Of a stretch of 42,926 bases of DNA, positions 12,018-23,950 are shown one piece after another. The translations under genes and the position numbers were made by a program. Under the pieces are notes generated by a model that saw only the letters and a list, made by a program, of their open reading frames with translations, did no database searches and was not told the origin of the DNA. Source of the DNA: Octopus bimaculoides (Eukaryota); the NCBI RefSeq assembly GCF_001194135.2, contig NC_068984.1, positions 75,696,013 to 75,738,938 on the forward strand, given 5' to 3'. How positions within the stretch are numbered: the stretch's first letter is position 1; each line of letters opens with the position of its first letter.

Positions 12018-12181
12018 AAGGCCGCCAGTTGACACAGAATCGTTAGCGCGTCGGACAAAATGTTTTGTAAGATATAGTTACGTCTCTTCATGTTTTGACT
12101 TTAAATCCTGCCAGGATCAACTTTGTCTTTCATACATCCAGGATCAGTAAATGAATACTAATCAAGCAGTGGGGTCGATTG
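12018..12181 (+). mobile_element. SINE family B, degenerate
   Basis: AAGGCCGCCAGTTG...GAATCGTTAGCGCGTCGG...CAACTTTGTCTTTCAT...GTGGGGTCGAT. Confidence 0.7.
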
Positions 12182-12284
12182 TTTTTGTCTCTATCACTCA
12201 CAGAATTGGCTAGGCTGCAATGTGCAAAAACCGTGGGGTCCCTTTCTTCCTTAATCTCATGGAGTACGGTAGAGTTAGATATAT

Positions 12285-12351
12285 GAAGGCGCGTGGCTTA
12301 GTGATAAGGGCATTCAGCTGATTCCCCATGAAAATTAAGTTAAGGGTACAC
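12285..12351 (+). mobile_element. SINE family C head fragment with internal deletion
   Basis: GAAGGCGCGTGGCTTAGTG head joined to AAGGGTACAC, a motif also found in the tail of 4700-5019. Confidence 0.5.
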
Positions 12352-12697
12352 TCATCCTTGTAATACACAGACAGTTGCTTATTCGATGAGTTTCTTGATT
12401 CTATTGATCAAACAATTGAAAACTAATGGTCAGAAATTCTGACGGAGATCTATTTTTATACTTAAGGCCAGAGATGAGGAAATCTTCGTACATTGGCGGG
12501 AAAGATACATTGGAAAATGTCCCCCAATATATTGAAAAAGACATGGATGGGGGTCATCTAGACATGTCTTTTGTTTCATAGGTTTGGTCAAGCAGAGTTT
12601 GATACAATCTGAAATGAACGTACCAGCAGCAAACCCTTGCAGCCAAGTACAGTATTTTCAAATCCGTTTTATGTTTGTCACTGTCTTTCTCTATCTA

Positions 12698-12742
<45 letters not shown>

Positions 12743-13392
12743 TTCTCTCTCTTTATTTATGTATCTGTCTCTTTCTTCATTTATTTTCTGTATCTCTCTT
12801 TCTTTATCTCCCCTCTGCTTCTTTATTTTTCTCGATCTCTCTTTCTTTATCTCCCCTCTGCTTCTTTATTTTCTCCATCTCTCTTTCTTTTTCTCCATCT
12901 CTCTTTCTTTTTCCCCTTTTCTCTCTGTCTTTTCTCTCAACCTTCTCCTTCCTAGTCCACTGACTCTCAGTCCCCCCCCTCTTCGTAATGCACTGGTAAT
13001 CAAATAAAAACAAAAAGACTGCCCACTTAAACAAAAGTATGTCCAAGTAAAACATTCGTTAAAAAATTAAAACATCATAGCATGTTTTATTAATCATATT
13101 CTTTTTTAATTATTTCAGTCATTGGACTGCGGCCACGCTGGGGTACCTCATGTTTAGTCGAGCAGGTCGTTCTTTAGTACTTGTTTTATCATGCTTTCTT
13201 TGTTTCCGAGTACATTCTGTTCTATCAATTCTTAATTCGCCCTATTACATATTGAATTATGTTTCTCACGCCTTCTCCCGTCCTTATATAAACTGTCCCT
13301 CCTAGCAATCTTCGTTGTAAGCCCCTTTCTTAACGTTTCTTTGTATTTTTCTGCACCCTTTATAGGTAATAAACAATATTATTGTCGTCATT

Positions 13393-14355
13393 AAAGCGGC
13401 GAGCTCGTGGAAACGTTAGTATGTCGGGCGAAATGCTTAGCGGTATTTCGTCTGTCTTCATGTTCTGAGTTCAAATTCCGCCGAGGTCGACTTTGCTTTT
13501 CATCCTTTCGGGGTCGATTAAATAAGTACCAGTTACGCACTGGGGGTCGATATAATCGACTTAATCCCTTTGCCTGTCCTTGTTTGTCCCCTCTATGTTT
13601 AGCTCCTTGTGGGGCAATAAAGGAATAAGAACCGTTAGCACGCCGGGCGAAATGCTTAGCGGTATTTCGTCTGTCTTTACGTTCTGAGTTCAAATTCCGC
13701 CGAGGCCGACTTTGCTTTTCAACCTTTTCGGGGTCGATAAATTAAGTACCAGTTGCATACTGGGGTCGATATAATTGCCTGGGTCCCTCCCCCCAAAATT
13801 TCGGACCTTGTNNNNNNNNNNNNNNNNNNNNNNNNNNNNNNNNNNNNNNNNNNNNNNNNNNNNNNNNNNNNNNNNNNNNNNNNNNNNNNNNNNNNNNNNN
13901 NNNNNNNNNNNNNNNNNNNNNNNNNNNNNNNNNNNNNNNNNNNNNNNNNNNNNNNNNNNNNNNNNNNNNNNNNNNNNNNNNNNNNNNNNNNNNNNNNNNN
14001 NNNNNNNNNNNNNNNNNNNNNNNNNNNNNNNNNNNNNNNNNNNNNNNNNNNNNNNNNNNNNNNNNNNNNNNNNNNNNNNNNNNNNNNNNNNNNNNNNNNN
14101 NNNNNNNNNNNNNNNNNNNNNNNNNNNNNNNNNNNNNNNNNNNNNAAGAACCGTTAGCACGCCGGGCGAAATGCTTAGCGGTATTTCGTCTGTCTTTACG
14201 TTCTGAGTTCAAAGTCTACCGCAGTCGAATTGGCCATTCATTCTTCCGAGATCGATGAAATAAGTAGCAGTTGAGCACTTGGGTTGATGCAAAGGATTTT
14301 CCTCGCCCCTCAAAATTGCCGGTTTTACACCAAAATTAGAAACGATTATTATTAT
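13393..14355 (+). mobile_element. Head-to-tail array of at least 3 SINE family B units (gap 13812-14145)
   Basis: Units start at 13393, about 13631 and about 14150. Each has a B-box-like GAGTTCAAA and a central GCYTTTCATCCTTTCGGGGTCGAT-type domain (resembles the MetaSINE central domain as recalled; unverified). Confidence 0.85.
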
Positions 14356-14635
14356 TATTGATGTTGTTGTTGATGTTGCTGTTGTTGTTAATGTTGACGC
14401 TGCTCCTGCTTTTGTATGTTGTTGTTGCTGTTGCTTATCTCTGGACCAGTGCAGAGTGAACAAGTTTTATGATTATATGTTATTACAATCATGACTGTTT
14501 CATCTGATCTGGCAAAGTACAACTATGATTACATTATCTAATGGGTCCTTTCCTAGATTAAGACATCGAACTGGGATTTGAAATAGATTTACTGGCTATG
14601 TATAGCAGATCGAGCGTTAGAGTGCCCTTGTTGGC

Positions 14636-14654
14636 GTGATGATGACGGTGATGA

Positions 14655-14724
<70 letters not shown>
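14636..14724. repeat. (GAT)/(GAC)n compound microsatellite
   Basis: Direct inspection. Confidence 0.95.
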
Positions 14725-16107
14725 AGAAGCGGCAGTGGCAGTGGTAAGCTTGGGGGTCGTGGTGATAGAATCGGCGGCGGCGGCGGTGGTNNNNNNNNNN
14801 NNNNNNNNNNNNNNNNNNNNNNNNNNNNNNNNNNNNNNNNNNNNNNNNNNNNNNNNNNNNNNNNNNNNNNNNNNNNNNNNNNNNNNNNNNNNNNNNNNNN
14901 NNNNNNNNNNNNNNNNNNNNNNNNNNNNNNNNNNNNNNNNNNNNNNNNNNNNNNNNNNNNNNNNNNNNNNNNNNNNNNNNNNNNNNNNNNNNNNNNNNNN
15001 NNNNNNNNNNNNNNNNNNNNNNNNNNNNNNNNNNNNNNNNNNNNNNNNNNNNNNNNNNNNNNNNNNNNNNNNNNNNNNNNNNNNNNNNNNNNNNNNNNNN
15101 NNNNNNNNNNNNNNNNNNNNNNNNNNNNNNNNNNNNNNNNNNNNNNNNNNNNNNNNNNNNNNNNNNNNNNNNNNNNNNNNNNNNNNNNNNNNNNNNNNNN
15201 NNNNNNNNNNNNNNNNNNNNNNNNNNNNNNNNNNNNNNNNNNNNNNNNNNNNNNNNNNNNNNNNNNNNNNNNNNNNNNNNNNNNNNNNNNNNNNNNNNNN
15301 NNNNNNNNNNNNNNNNNNNNNNNNNNNNNNNNNNNNNNNNNNNNNNNNNNNNNNNNNNNNNNNNNNNNNNNNNNNNNNNNNNNNNNNNNNNNNNNNNNNN
15401 NNNNNNNNNNNNNNNNNNNNNNNNNNNNNNNNNNNNNNNNNNNNNNNNNNNNNNNNNNNNNNNNNNNNNNNNNNNNNNNNNNNNNNNNNNNNNNNNNNNN
15501 NNNNNNNNNNNNNNNNNNNNNNNNNNNNNNNNNNNNNNNNNNNNNNNNNNNNNNNNNNNNNNNNNNNNNNNNNNNNNNNNNNNNNNNNNNNNNNNNNNNN
15601 NNNNNNNNNNNNNNNNNNNNNNNNNNNNNNNNNNNNNNNNNNNNNNNNNNNNNNNNNNNNNNNNNNNNNNNNNNNNNNNNNNNNNNNNNNNNNNNNNNNN
15701 NNNNNNNNNNNNNNNNNNNNNNNNNNNNNNNNNNNNNNNNNNNNNNNNNNNNNNNNNNNNNNNNNNNNNNNNNNNNNNNNNNNGTGTGTGTGTGTGTGTG
15801 TGTGTGTGTGTGGCATTACGGTATGAGTAAGTGAGAACGTTATTTACAGCTTTCTTTTCTTTACTGCCGTGACGTGTGAAAGTCGAATCTGGATGCTGTC
15901 ACCCGGTACAAATATAATCACTGCAGGAGGTCAACCGGTGCAGTAATAATCACTTGTTAGTTGCTATTGAGGTTTTTGTAAGTAGGTGCTTCATTTGGCA
16001 TTTTGAAGTTTCAAAATTTTATTTGAATTAGGAAAGAGAATTTCGTTCAATCTATATACATAGATACATATAAATATTCATATACATGTGTAATTACACA
16101 CATATAT

Positions 16108-16135
16108 TTAGATAGATAGACAGACAGATAGATAT

Positions 16136-16189
<54 letters not shown>

Positions 16190-16190
16190 G
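16108..16190. repeat. (GATA)n microsatellite
   Basis: Direct inspection. Confidence 0.95.
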
Positions 16191-16230
16191 AAATGGAAAT
16201 GAGCGAAAAGAAATAGCTCAGAGTGACCAG

Positions 16231-16323
16231 TGGCACTTTGGGCAAGTGTCTTCTAATATAGCTTCGGGCTGACCAAAGCATTGTGAGTGGACTCAGTAGA
16301 CGGAAACTGAAAGAAGCCCGTCG

Positions 16324-16414
<91 letters not shown>
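16231..16414 (+). mobile_element. SINE family A left arm, 5'-truncated, running into (TA)n(TG)n and a gap
   Basis: TGGCACTTTGGGCAAGTGTCTTC...GACGGAAACTGAAAGAAGCCCGTCG. Confidence 0.85.
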
Positions 16415-17413
16415 NNNNNNNNNNNNNNNNNNNNNNNNNNNNNNNNNNNNNNNNNNNNNNNNNNNNNNNNNNNNNNNNNNNNNNNNNNNNNNNNNNNNNN
16501 NNNNNNNNNNNNNNNNNNNNNNNNNNNNNNNNNNNNNNNNNNNNNNNNNNNNNNNNNNNNNNNNNNNNNNNNNNNNNNNNNNNNNNNNNNNNNNNNNNNN
16601 NNNNNNNNNNNNNNNNNNNNNNNNNNNNNNNNNNNNNNNNNNNNNNNNNNNNNNNNNNNNNNNNNNNNNNNNNNNNNNNNNNNNNNNNNNNNNNNNNNNN
16701 NNNNNNNNNNNNNNNNNNNNNNNNNNNNNNNNNNNNNNNNNNNNNNNNNNNNNNNNNNNNNNNNNNNNNNNNNNNNNNNNNNNNNNNNNNNNNNNNNNNN
16801 NNNNNNNNNNNNNNNNNNNNNNNNNNNNNNNNNNNNNNNNNNNNNNNNNNNNNNNNNNNNNNNNNNNNNNNNNNNNNNNNNNNNNNNNNNNNNNNNNNNN
16901 NNNNNNNNNNNNNNNNNNNNNNNNNNNNNNNNNNNNNNNNNNNNNNNNNNNNNNNNNNNNNNNNNNNNNNNNNNNNNNNNNNNNNNNNNNNNNNNNNNNN
17001 NNNNNNNNNNNNNNNNNNNNNNNNNNNNNNNNNNNNNNNNNNNNNNNNNNNNNNNNNNNNNNNNNNNNNNNNNNNNNNNNNNNNNNNNNNNNNNNNNNNN
17101 NNNNNNNNNNNNNNNNNNNNNNNNNNNNNNNNNNNNNNNNNNNNNNNNNNNNNNNNNNNNNNNNNNNNNNNNNNNNNNNNNNNNNNNNNNNNNNNNNNNN
17201 NNNNNNNNNNNNNNNNNNNNNNNNNNNNNNNNNNNNNNNNNNNNNNNNNNNNNNNNNNNNNNNNNNNNNNNNNNNNNNNNNNNNNNNNNNNNNNNNNNNN
17301 NNNNNNNNNNNNNNNNNNNNNNNNNNNNNNNNNNNNNNNNNNNNNNNNNNNNNNNNNNNNNNNNNNNNNNNNNNNNNNNNNNNNNNNNNNNNNNNNNNNN
17401 NNNNNNNNNNNNN

Positions 17414-17445
<32 letters not shown>

Positions 17446-18250
17446 CCTTTTATCAAAAGACAAAAACTCTGAATTATACAAATGGAAGATTTTTTGCTTT
17501 ATTTAACATTTATATCACTGTACGCCTCGTATTTTTATTCTGTGTGAATGTGCAACATGCGTTCGTCCATTTATCTTATTATTGTATACACTAAGAGAAA
17601 CACTCATTTCCATGTATATATTATATTGGAGTATGTTGAAAGCTTTGCGATGTGGACAGATAGAAGCAATTAGATTCCTTGCAACATGTATATGTACTGA
17701 GAGTGCGGTGCGGTCCTGAAACCGATTATCACTGGCGTTCTTTGTCAGTCGTTGAACAGACCTATCCCATTTTCTTCTCTAAATGACCGTTCTACCGTTG
17801 TATTCCTTTGCTACTGCTACAGTGGCACTTCTCATGTGGCTTTGAATTTAATGTTCGGTTTGGTTCTGATGCACTTGGAAAGCGGGTTTATTGGATATGT
17901 ACTCGGTTTTGTAATCTTACTTCATTTTCCTTTTGGATCTCAGCTACAAATGGTTATGCTCTGCTCCTGAGAACAGTCTCAGTCTCCTGGATTGCTCTTA
18001 GTGTTTTTGTTTGTTTTTTCTCCAACACAAATCTTGTTTGGTTGAGACAGCTCATTGTCCTGCGTCTTTACTTTGTAGTCTCAGCTACAAAACGATTTTT
18101 CTCGTCTTAGAAAACCCTAGCCAGTCTGTGCTGCCAAGCAGTTTGTCTTAGTTGAAATTTATATGCCTGCTCAGTCTTTTAGACTTATTATTCTTTGTTT
18201 CAATCTCCCTTCTCTCTTTTTGTTGCTGTACTTTTTCTGCCGGTAAAAGT

Positions 18251-18497
18251 ATGTGGTCTACTGCTGGAGTGTTCTACTCACGATTGTGACACCGTGATTT
18301 CGATTCCTAGACCGAGCGGTGCTTTGTGTTCTTGGGGAAAAACACTTTATTTCACCTTGCTGCAGTTCAAACAATAGCTGGAAAGTTAACCCTGCGATAG
18401 AATGGCGTCCAGTTTAAGGAAGAGTTTTGTAATTTCAGTCACTTACATGCCAAGGAAACCGGGCTATGCTTCAGCCTTATGAGTCCTCATAAGGCTC
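18251..18497 (+). mobile_element. SINE family D (C-type head/core with a V-SINE-like tail)
   Basis: Degenerate tRNA head with TTTCGATTCC, core ACACTTTATTTCAC, then AACCCTGCGATAGAATGGCGTCC...CATGCCAAGGAAACCGGG, resembling V-domain/L2-type tails as recalled. Confidence 0.6.
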
Positions 18498-18744
18498 CAC
18501 CCTTATGAATTTTAGGACCAACTGTTCAGATTTTGTTCATGCTTTTTTAAGCGTACCATATATGTTTCAAGCGCATGTATGCTTCTTGTAGTGTCTATTT
18601 TGAAAAATATTAAACTATAAACATTATCATGAAGATATAGTAAGGTAGGAGAACTGTCCCTTTATCTATTTTGCTTTAGTTGTTTAATATGTTCCTTGAA
18701 TATCTTAAACTTCAGCAAGTTACAAATATATATATCGTCGTCGT

Positions 18745-19130
18745 CGGGTGTCTGTCGTAGACAGTCTGCCCAGTTCAAAAGACTGCCTCAGCTTACTGGT
18801 ACCCAGGGTTCAGTACTGATTACGACTATCAGGAACGAGCCGCCTGTGTACAGAGCTCTTACTAGCAGCTCCCAAATACTTACACATTCACTCTATCGTC
18901 ACATGATTTTCTAATTTTCTGAACGAAACTCCTTTGGACGGTGAGTAAAGCAGTTGCCGACGCCTTCACATCTGACTGCCTCTCTGGGCCTCCATTCCAA
19001 GTACCAAGTGGTGTACAAGAGTGCAACGAGCATGGTCGATAGATGAAATTGCTCCGCAGTAGCAGATCATTTGTTAGTTGATGCCCAACTAATGGTACAG
19101 ATCTTCCGCTTGGCCGCAGCAACCTTCAAA
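18745..19130 (-). mobile_element. Possible very degenerate RTE-type LINE 3' remnant
   Basis: Frameshifted minus-strand pieces (MLR.., ISW..TNK, TPLGTWNGGP) weakly recall the RTE ORF2 C-terminus, and the region ends in (CGA)n. Weak. Confidence 0.25.
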
Positions 19131-19193
19131 CTGTTGGTCTAGGATTTTCATCTTGTCGATTATCCAATGTCCTGCTAATGACGTTTTCACCGT

Positions 19194-19462
19194 ATCCGAC
19201 GAAATACCACTAAGCATTTTGCCCGGCGTGCGAACGATTCTTCCCGCTCATCGCCTTAGCTTAAACAAATATTAATTTCAAATTTTGGCACAAGGCCAGT
19301 GATTTTGAGGGAGGGGTACTGAACTGCTACTTGTTTTATCAAGCCCGAAAGGATGAAAAGCAAAGTCGACCTCGGCGGAATTTGAACTCAAAACGAAAAG
19401 CCGGACGAAATGCCGCTAAGCATTCCACCTGGCATGCTAACGATTGTACTAACTCACCGCTC
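19194..19462 (-). mobile_element. Two SINE family B copies (head fragment 19194-19257; longer copy 19271-19462)
   Basis: Plus strand shows AAAGTCGACCTCGGCGGAATTTGAACTC and TAAGCATTTTGCCCGGCGTG, reverse complements of family B motifs. Confidence 0.85.
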
Positions 19463-19493
19463 TAATAAATAACAACAATAATAATAATTATTA

Positions 19494-19540
<47 letters not shown>

Positions 19541-19556
19541 GCTGTTGTTGTAGTTA

Positions 19557-19745
19557 GGGCGGCGCGCTAGCAGAATCGTTAGCACGCCGGGAGAACTGCT
19601 TAGCGGTATTTCGTCTGCCGCTATGTTCTGAGTTCGAATTCCGCCGAGGTCGTCTTGGCCTTTTATCCTTTCGGGGTCGATGTAATCGACTAGCTCCATC
19701 CGCTAAGTTTCACGCCTTGTGTCTACAGTAGAAAGGATTAGTATT
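19557..19745 (+). mobile_element. SINE family B with internal deletion
   Basis: Full head, but the segment between the two GGGGTCGAT direct repeats is missing (at about 19672-19681). Confidence 0.85.
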
Positions 19746-20646
19746 ATCTTTGTTGTTGTTGTTATAATTATTATTATTATTTTAATTAAATAATTTCTAG
19801 TATTTTACTTCAAGATGGTATCTCTGAGAAGTCAATTAACTAGAAATCGCAGTCACATCTCCCTATAATTACACCCTCCTGTCACAACAATGACCGACAA
19901 CAAAAACATCTTAAACGACCTGATGCAATTATAACCTTACATCTTAAACAACGCAAACATGAACAACATCAACAACAACACGAACACAAAAAAATCATTC
20001 TTAATTGTAACCATAAACAGACCAGTAACAAACAATAACAACGAAAAAGAAATCAACAACGCAAACATAAATAACAAAATTAACAACAGCATAAACAGTT
20101 TTTAATTACAACCGATAAATTAAAACGTGTGCATCACTGAAGCGGAGTAAAATAATTTTTTCCATTTGTAGTAAAATATTTGACAAAATGAAGGATCACC
20201 TGACACTAATCGGGACCACCTTACTTTAATAACGCTGTGATGGAACCAGTGTCGTACATTGGGGCAATAATTGATTCTTGTAAAAACATAAAGTCATAAT
20301 TATTTTAAATGGGGACAGGAAACGGAGAGCGCAATGAATGAGATATTTAAAGGATTGAGAGGTGTGTTCAAAACAGGCAATAAAAGCTACATTTTTTTGT
20401 CCTTTTTGAAAATGTATTGAAATTGGAATATTTTGGATTTTACTATTCACTTTACTCTCAACACTATGTTGAAAGATTAAAAGTTACGTGGGTATATACC
20501 TAATCTTAATCACGTTTTCTTCCATTAAAGTAAGGATATACGCAGTCGCAGACGTGTACAAACGTTCGCGAACTCGTGAGTGATATGCGTGTGCGTGTGT
20601 GTGTGTCTCTGTATGTGCGTATGCATGTGTGCGTATGCATGTGTGC

Positions 20647-20682
<36 letters not shown>

Positions 20683-21870
20683 AATGACTGGTTATTATTT
20701 TATCTCCTCCGGAACAACGAAGGGTAATGTGACTTCGGTGGAGTTTGAACTTGGTAGGAATTAAAAGAGACAACTAAATACAAGACAATTTATTATGCTT
20801 TTTGCATTATCCAAAGTGTCTTTTTGTTTTTAAGATGAAAGGATATGATTTGAGGGCGATATGACTGTTATTTTTAGAAGATCAAGCGACTGCACAGAGG
20901 CTCTCTCAGGAAGTTTGTTAATAATGGTGGTCACATATAATCGAATAGACCTGTGATCTGAGGCTTTTCTCTCGTCAACATCTGTATTTCAGAGATTAGT
21001 AACTACATTGTTCGTGTGTGCTTTCATTTTTTAGAGCGGAAGATATAACTTGAGATTTGATTGCTATTCCTAGCCAGCCAAAAGGCTAAATAGAGATTCC
21101 CACGGTATTATTCGGCAATATGTTGTGAATACATTTTGTCTTATGTGTACCCAAACGATGACATCAACATGGGTAAAAATGGCACAAGAAGAAAACATTT
21201 CATTAAAACATTTCTCACATTCCAAAATTTTCAGTTAAAATATATTTAAAATTACTTCTGACTGTAGAGTTGACAAAATAAATTATTAGATATAAACTGA
21301 AGACGAATGCCAAGCAGTTTGTCTTAGTTAAAGTTGGGAGCAAAAACAGGATAGAGGAGACAGGACTGGACGTATTCTATCTCACTCTTCTATCTTTTCT
21401 CTTGCCAAAGAAAATATTTCTCCAGCGTTCGCTATTTTACCTTCGTTCTGGTTTAACGGCACTCCATGGTTGTTTTCGTTCGGTTTCCTTGTATGTCTCC
21501 ACTTTTTTTTCCCAACTTTGACCTTCCATAAATCCCAAATTTTATTTTGGTACTTATGGGAGCAACTGTCATCGAATACTCATATTGTCGCTCAATGCTC
21601 GAAATGAGGAGTAGATAGACAGCCGACAACTGATGAAGGGTCGCTCTTTGTGTTACTTGTCTTGTTTTCCATTTGTTTCTCTCNNNNNNNNNNATAGACA
21701 GCCGACAACTGATGAAGGGTCGCTCTTTGTGTTACTTGTCTTGTTTTCCATTTGTTTCTCTCGTTGTTTACGTATTGAACTCATTTGTTTTCGTATTTCG
21801 TGTTGTATATATTATTTATATTATTATTTGATTGAACGCCACGCATCCATTTCCAAGTAAGTTTATCTTT

Positions 21871-21984
21871 GCGTGGCACCTTGGGCAAGTGTCTTCTACT
21901 ATAGCCTCGGGCCGACCAAAGCCTTGTGAGTGGATTTGGTAGACGGAAACTGAAAGAAGCCCGTCGTATATATGTATATATATA
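21871..21984 (+). mobile_element. SINE family A left arm, young, 5'-truncated
   Basis: Near-consensus GCGTGGCACCTTGGGCAAGTGTC...GAAGCCCGTCG-(TA)n, then a gap. Confidence 0.9.
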
Positions 21985-22931
21985 NNNNNNNNNNNNNNNN
22001 NNNNNNNNNNNNNNNNNNNNNNNNNNNNNNNNNNNNNNNNNNNNNNNNNNNNNNNNNNNNNNNNNNNNNNNNNNNNNNNNNNNNNNNNNNNNNNNNNNNN
22101 NNNNNNNNNNNNNNNNNNNNNNNNNNNNNNNNNNNNNNNNNNNNNNNNNNNNNNNNNNNNNNNNNNNNNNNNNNNNNNNNNNNNNNNNNNNNNNNNNNNN
22201 NNNNNNNNNNNNNNNNNNNNNNNNNNNNNNNNNNNNNNNNNNNNNNNNNNNNNNNNNNNNNNNNNNNNNNNNNNNNNNNNNNNNNNNNNNNNNNNNNNNN
22301 NNNNNNNNNNNNNNNNNNNNNNNNNNNNNNNNNNNNNNNNNNNNNNNNNNNNNNNNNNNNNNNNNNNNNNNNNNNNNNNNNNNNNNNNNNNNNNNNNNNN
22401 NNNNNNNNNNNNNNNNNNNNNNNNNNNNNNNNNNNNNNNNNNNNNNNNNNNNNNNNNNNNNNNNNNNNNNNNNNNNNNNNNNNNNNNNNNNNNNNNNNNN
22501 NNNNNNNNNNNNNNNNNNNNNNNNNNNNNNNNNNNNNNNNNNNNNNNNNNNNNNNNNNNNNNNNNNNNNNNNNNNNNNNNNNNNNNNNNNNNNNNNNNNN
22601 NNNNNNNNNNNNNNNNNNNNNNNNNNNNNNNNNNNNNNNNNNNNNNNNNNNNNNNNNNNNNNNNNNNNNNNNNNNNNNNNNNNNNNNNNNNNNNNNNNNN
22701 NNNNNNNNNNNNNNNNNNNNNNNNNNNNNNNNNNNNNNNNNNNNNNNNNNNNNNNNNNNNNNNNNNNNNNNNNNNNNNNNNNNNNNNNNNNNNNNNNNNN
22801 NNNNNNNNNNNNNNNNNNNNNNNNNNNNNNNNNNNNNNNNNNNNNNNNNNNNNNNNNNNNNNNNNNNNNNNNNNNNNNNNNNNNNNNNNNNNNNNNNNNN
22901 NNNNNNNNNNNNNNNNNNNNNNNNNNNNNNN

Positions 22932-22963
<32 letters not shown>

Positions 22964-23122
22964 GACGGCTTCTTTCAGTTTCCCTCTTCCAAGTCCATTC
23001 ACAGGGTTTTGGTCGGCCCGTGGCTATAGTAGAAGACACTAGCCCAAGGTGCTACGTAGTAGGACTGAACCCGGGCGCATGTGATTGGGAAGCAGACTGC
23101 TTACTACACAACCCTCTGTGCC
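22932..23122 (-). mobile_element. SINE family A left arm with head
   Basis: Plus strand CGACGGCTTCTTTCAGTTTCC...CCCAAGGTGC...GGACTGAACCC. Confidence 0.85.
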
Positions 23123-23706
23123 TATTACTATTATTATTATTATTATTTCACCTAGGTGCATGAAGATCAACATAATTATATATCGTGAGCAAAGGATCCT
23201 AGCATGAGGTATCCACTCCAAAATCAACCTGCAGTGACGAAAACTGACCTTAGCACTTAAAATTTGCGAAGCTACCACTTGTCATTTTAAAGCTTGGTGC
23301 GAGTTTGTAGTAGTAGTAGTAGTAGTAGTAGTTGTTGTAATTGTAGTAGTAGCAGCAGCAGCAGCAGCTGTAGCAACAATAAGAGTAGTTGTACTAGTAG
23401 TTGTTGTTTAACTCCATGTTAGAGCGCCTGTCTATGACCAAATGCGCTGCATCCATGACCATCACGTTTTTACCACTGTATATATTCTCTAATGTATTCA
23501 TATTTGATTAAAATAGTCTAGTTTGATTTGAAACAGATATGGCTGGTATTTCTAGTATGTCGGGAAACCACGTAGATCCTGTTTCGTTAGGCCCTAAATA
23601 TTTTTTCTTCTTTTATCTTTTGTTCTTTTAATTGGTAGTAATAATAGTCTTCTTTACGCAAAATTCCTCTATAATTTTTAACATTTCATTTAAATTATAT
23701 GGCAAT

Positions 23707-23772
23707 TTATGAACAATACGTTTCTATTTTATGAACAAAATGTTCCTATTTTGCGAACAATATGTTTCTGTA
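23707..23772. repeat. 22-bp minisatellite, 3 imperfect units
   Basis: TTATGAACAATACGTTTCTATT / TTATGAACAAAATGTTCCTATT / TTGCGAACAATATGTTTCTGTA. Confidence 0.8.
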
Positions 23773-23950
23773 TTGCGTTTTATTAACAATAAATACGTAA
23801 GGGACCATCCACTGGTTCACTGCCTTTACTATATCGCGAGAATGACAAAGGAGTCTTTATGAAGCTCACGTAGAATATACCACGAGGTATTTTTGTTCGA
23901 GAACGCTGGTTTGTTCAGTCTGCTCACAAATTTTACATATTTTGCCGATA

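Noticed and set aside
21600-21680. CTGATGAAGGG as a second hammerhead
   Set aside because: No downstream GAAA or stem III, and the type II arrangement using the upstream GAAA does not pair. At most a Penelope-like relic.
21615-21762. 69-bp exact direct duplication (21615-21683 and 21694-21762)
   Set aside because: It flanks a 10-N placeholder gap, which is typical of unmerged overlapping contig ends.
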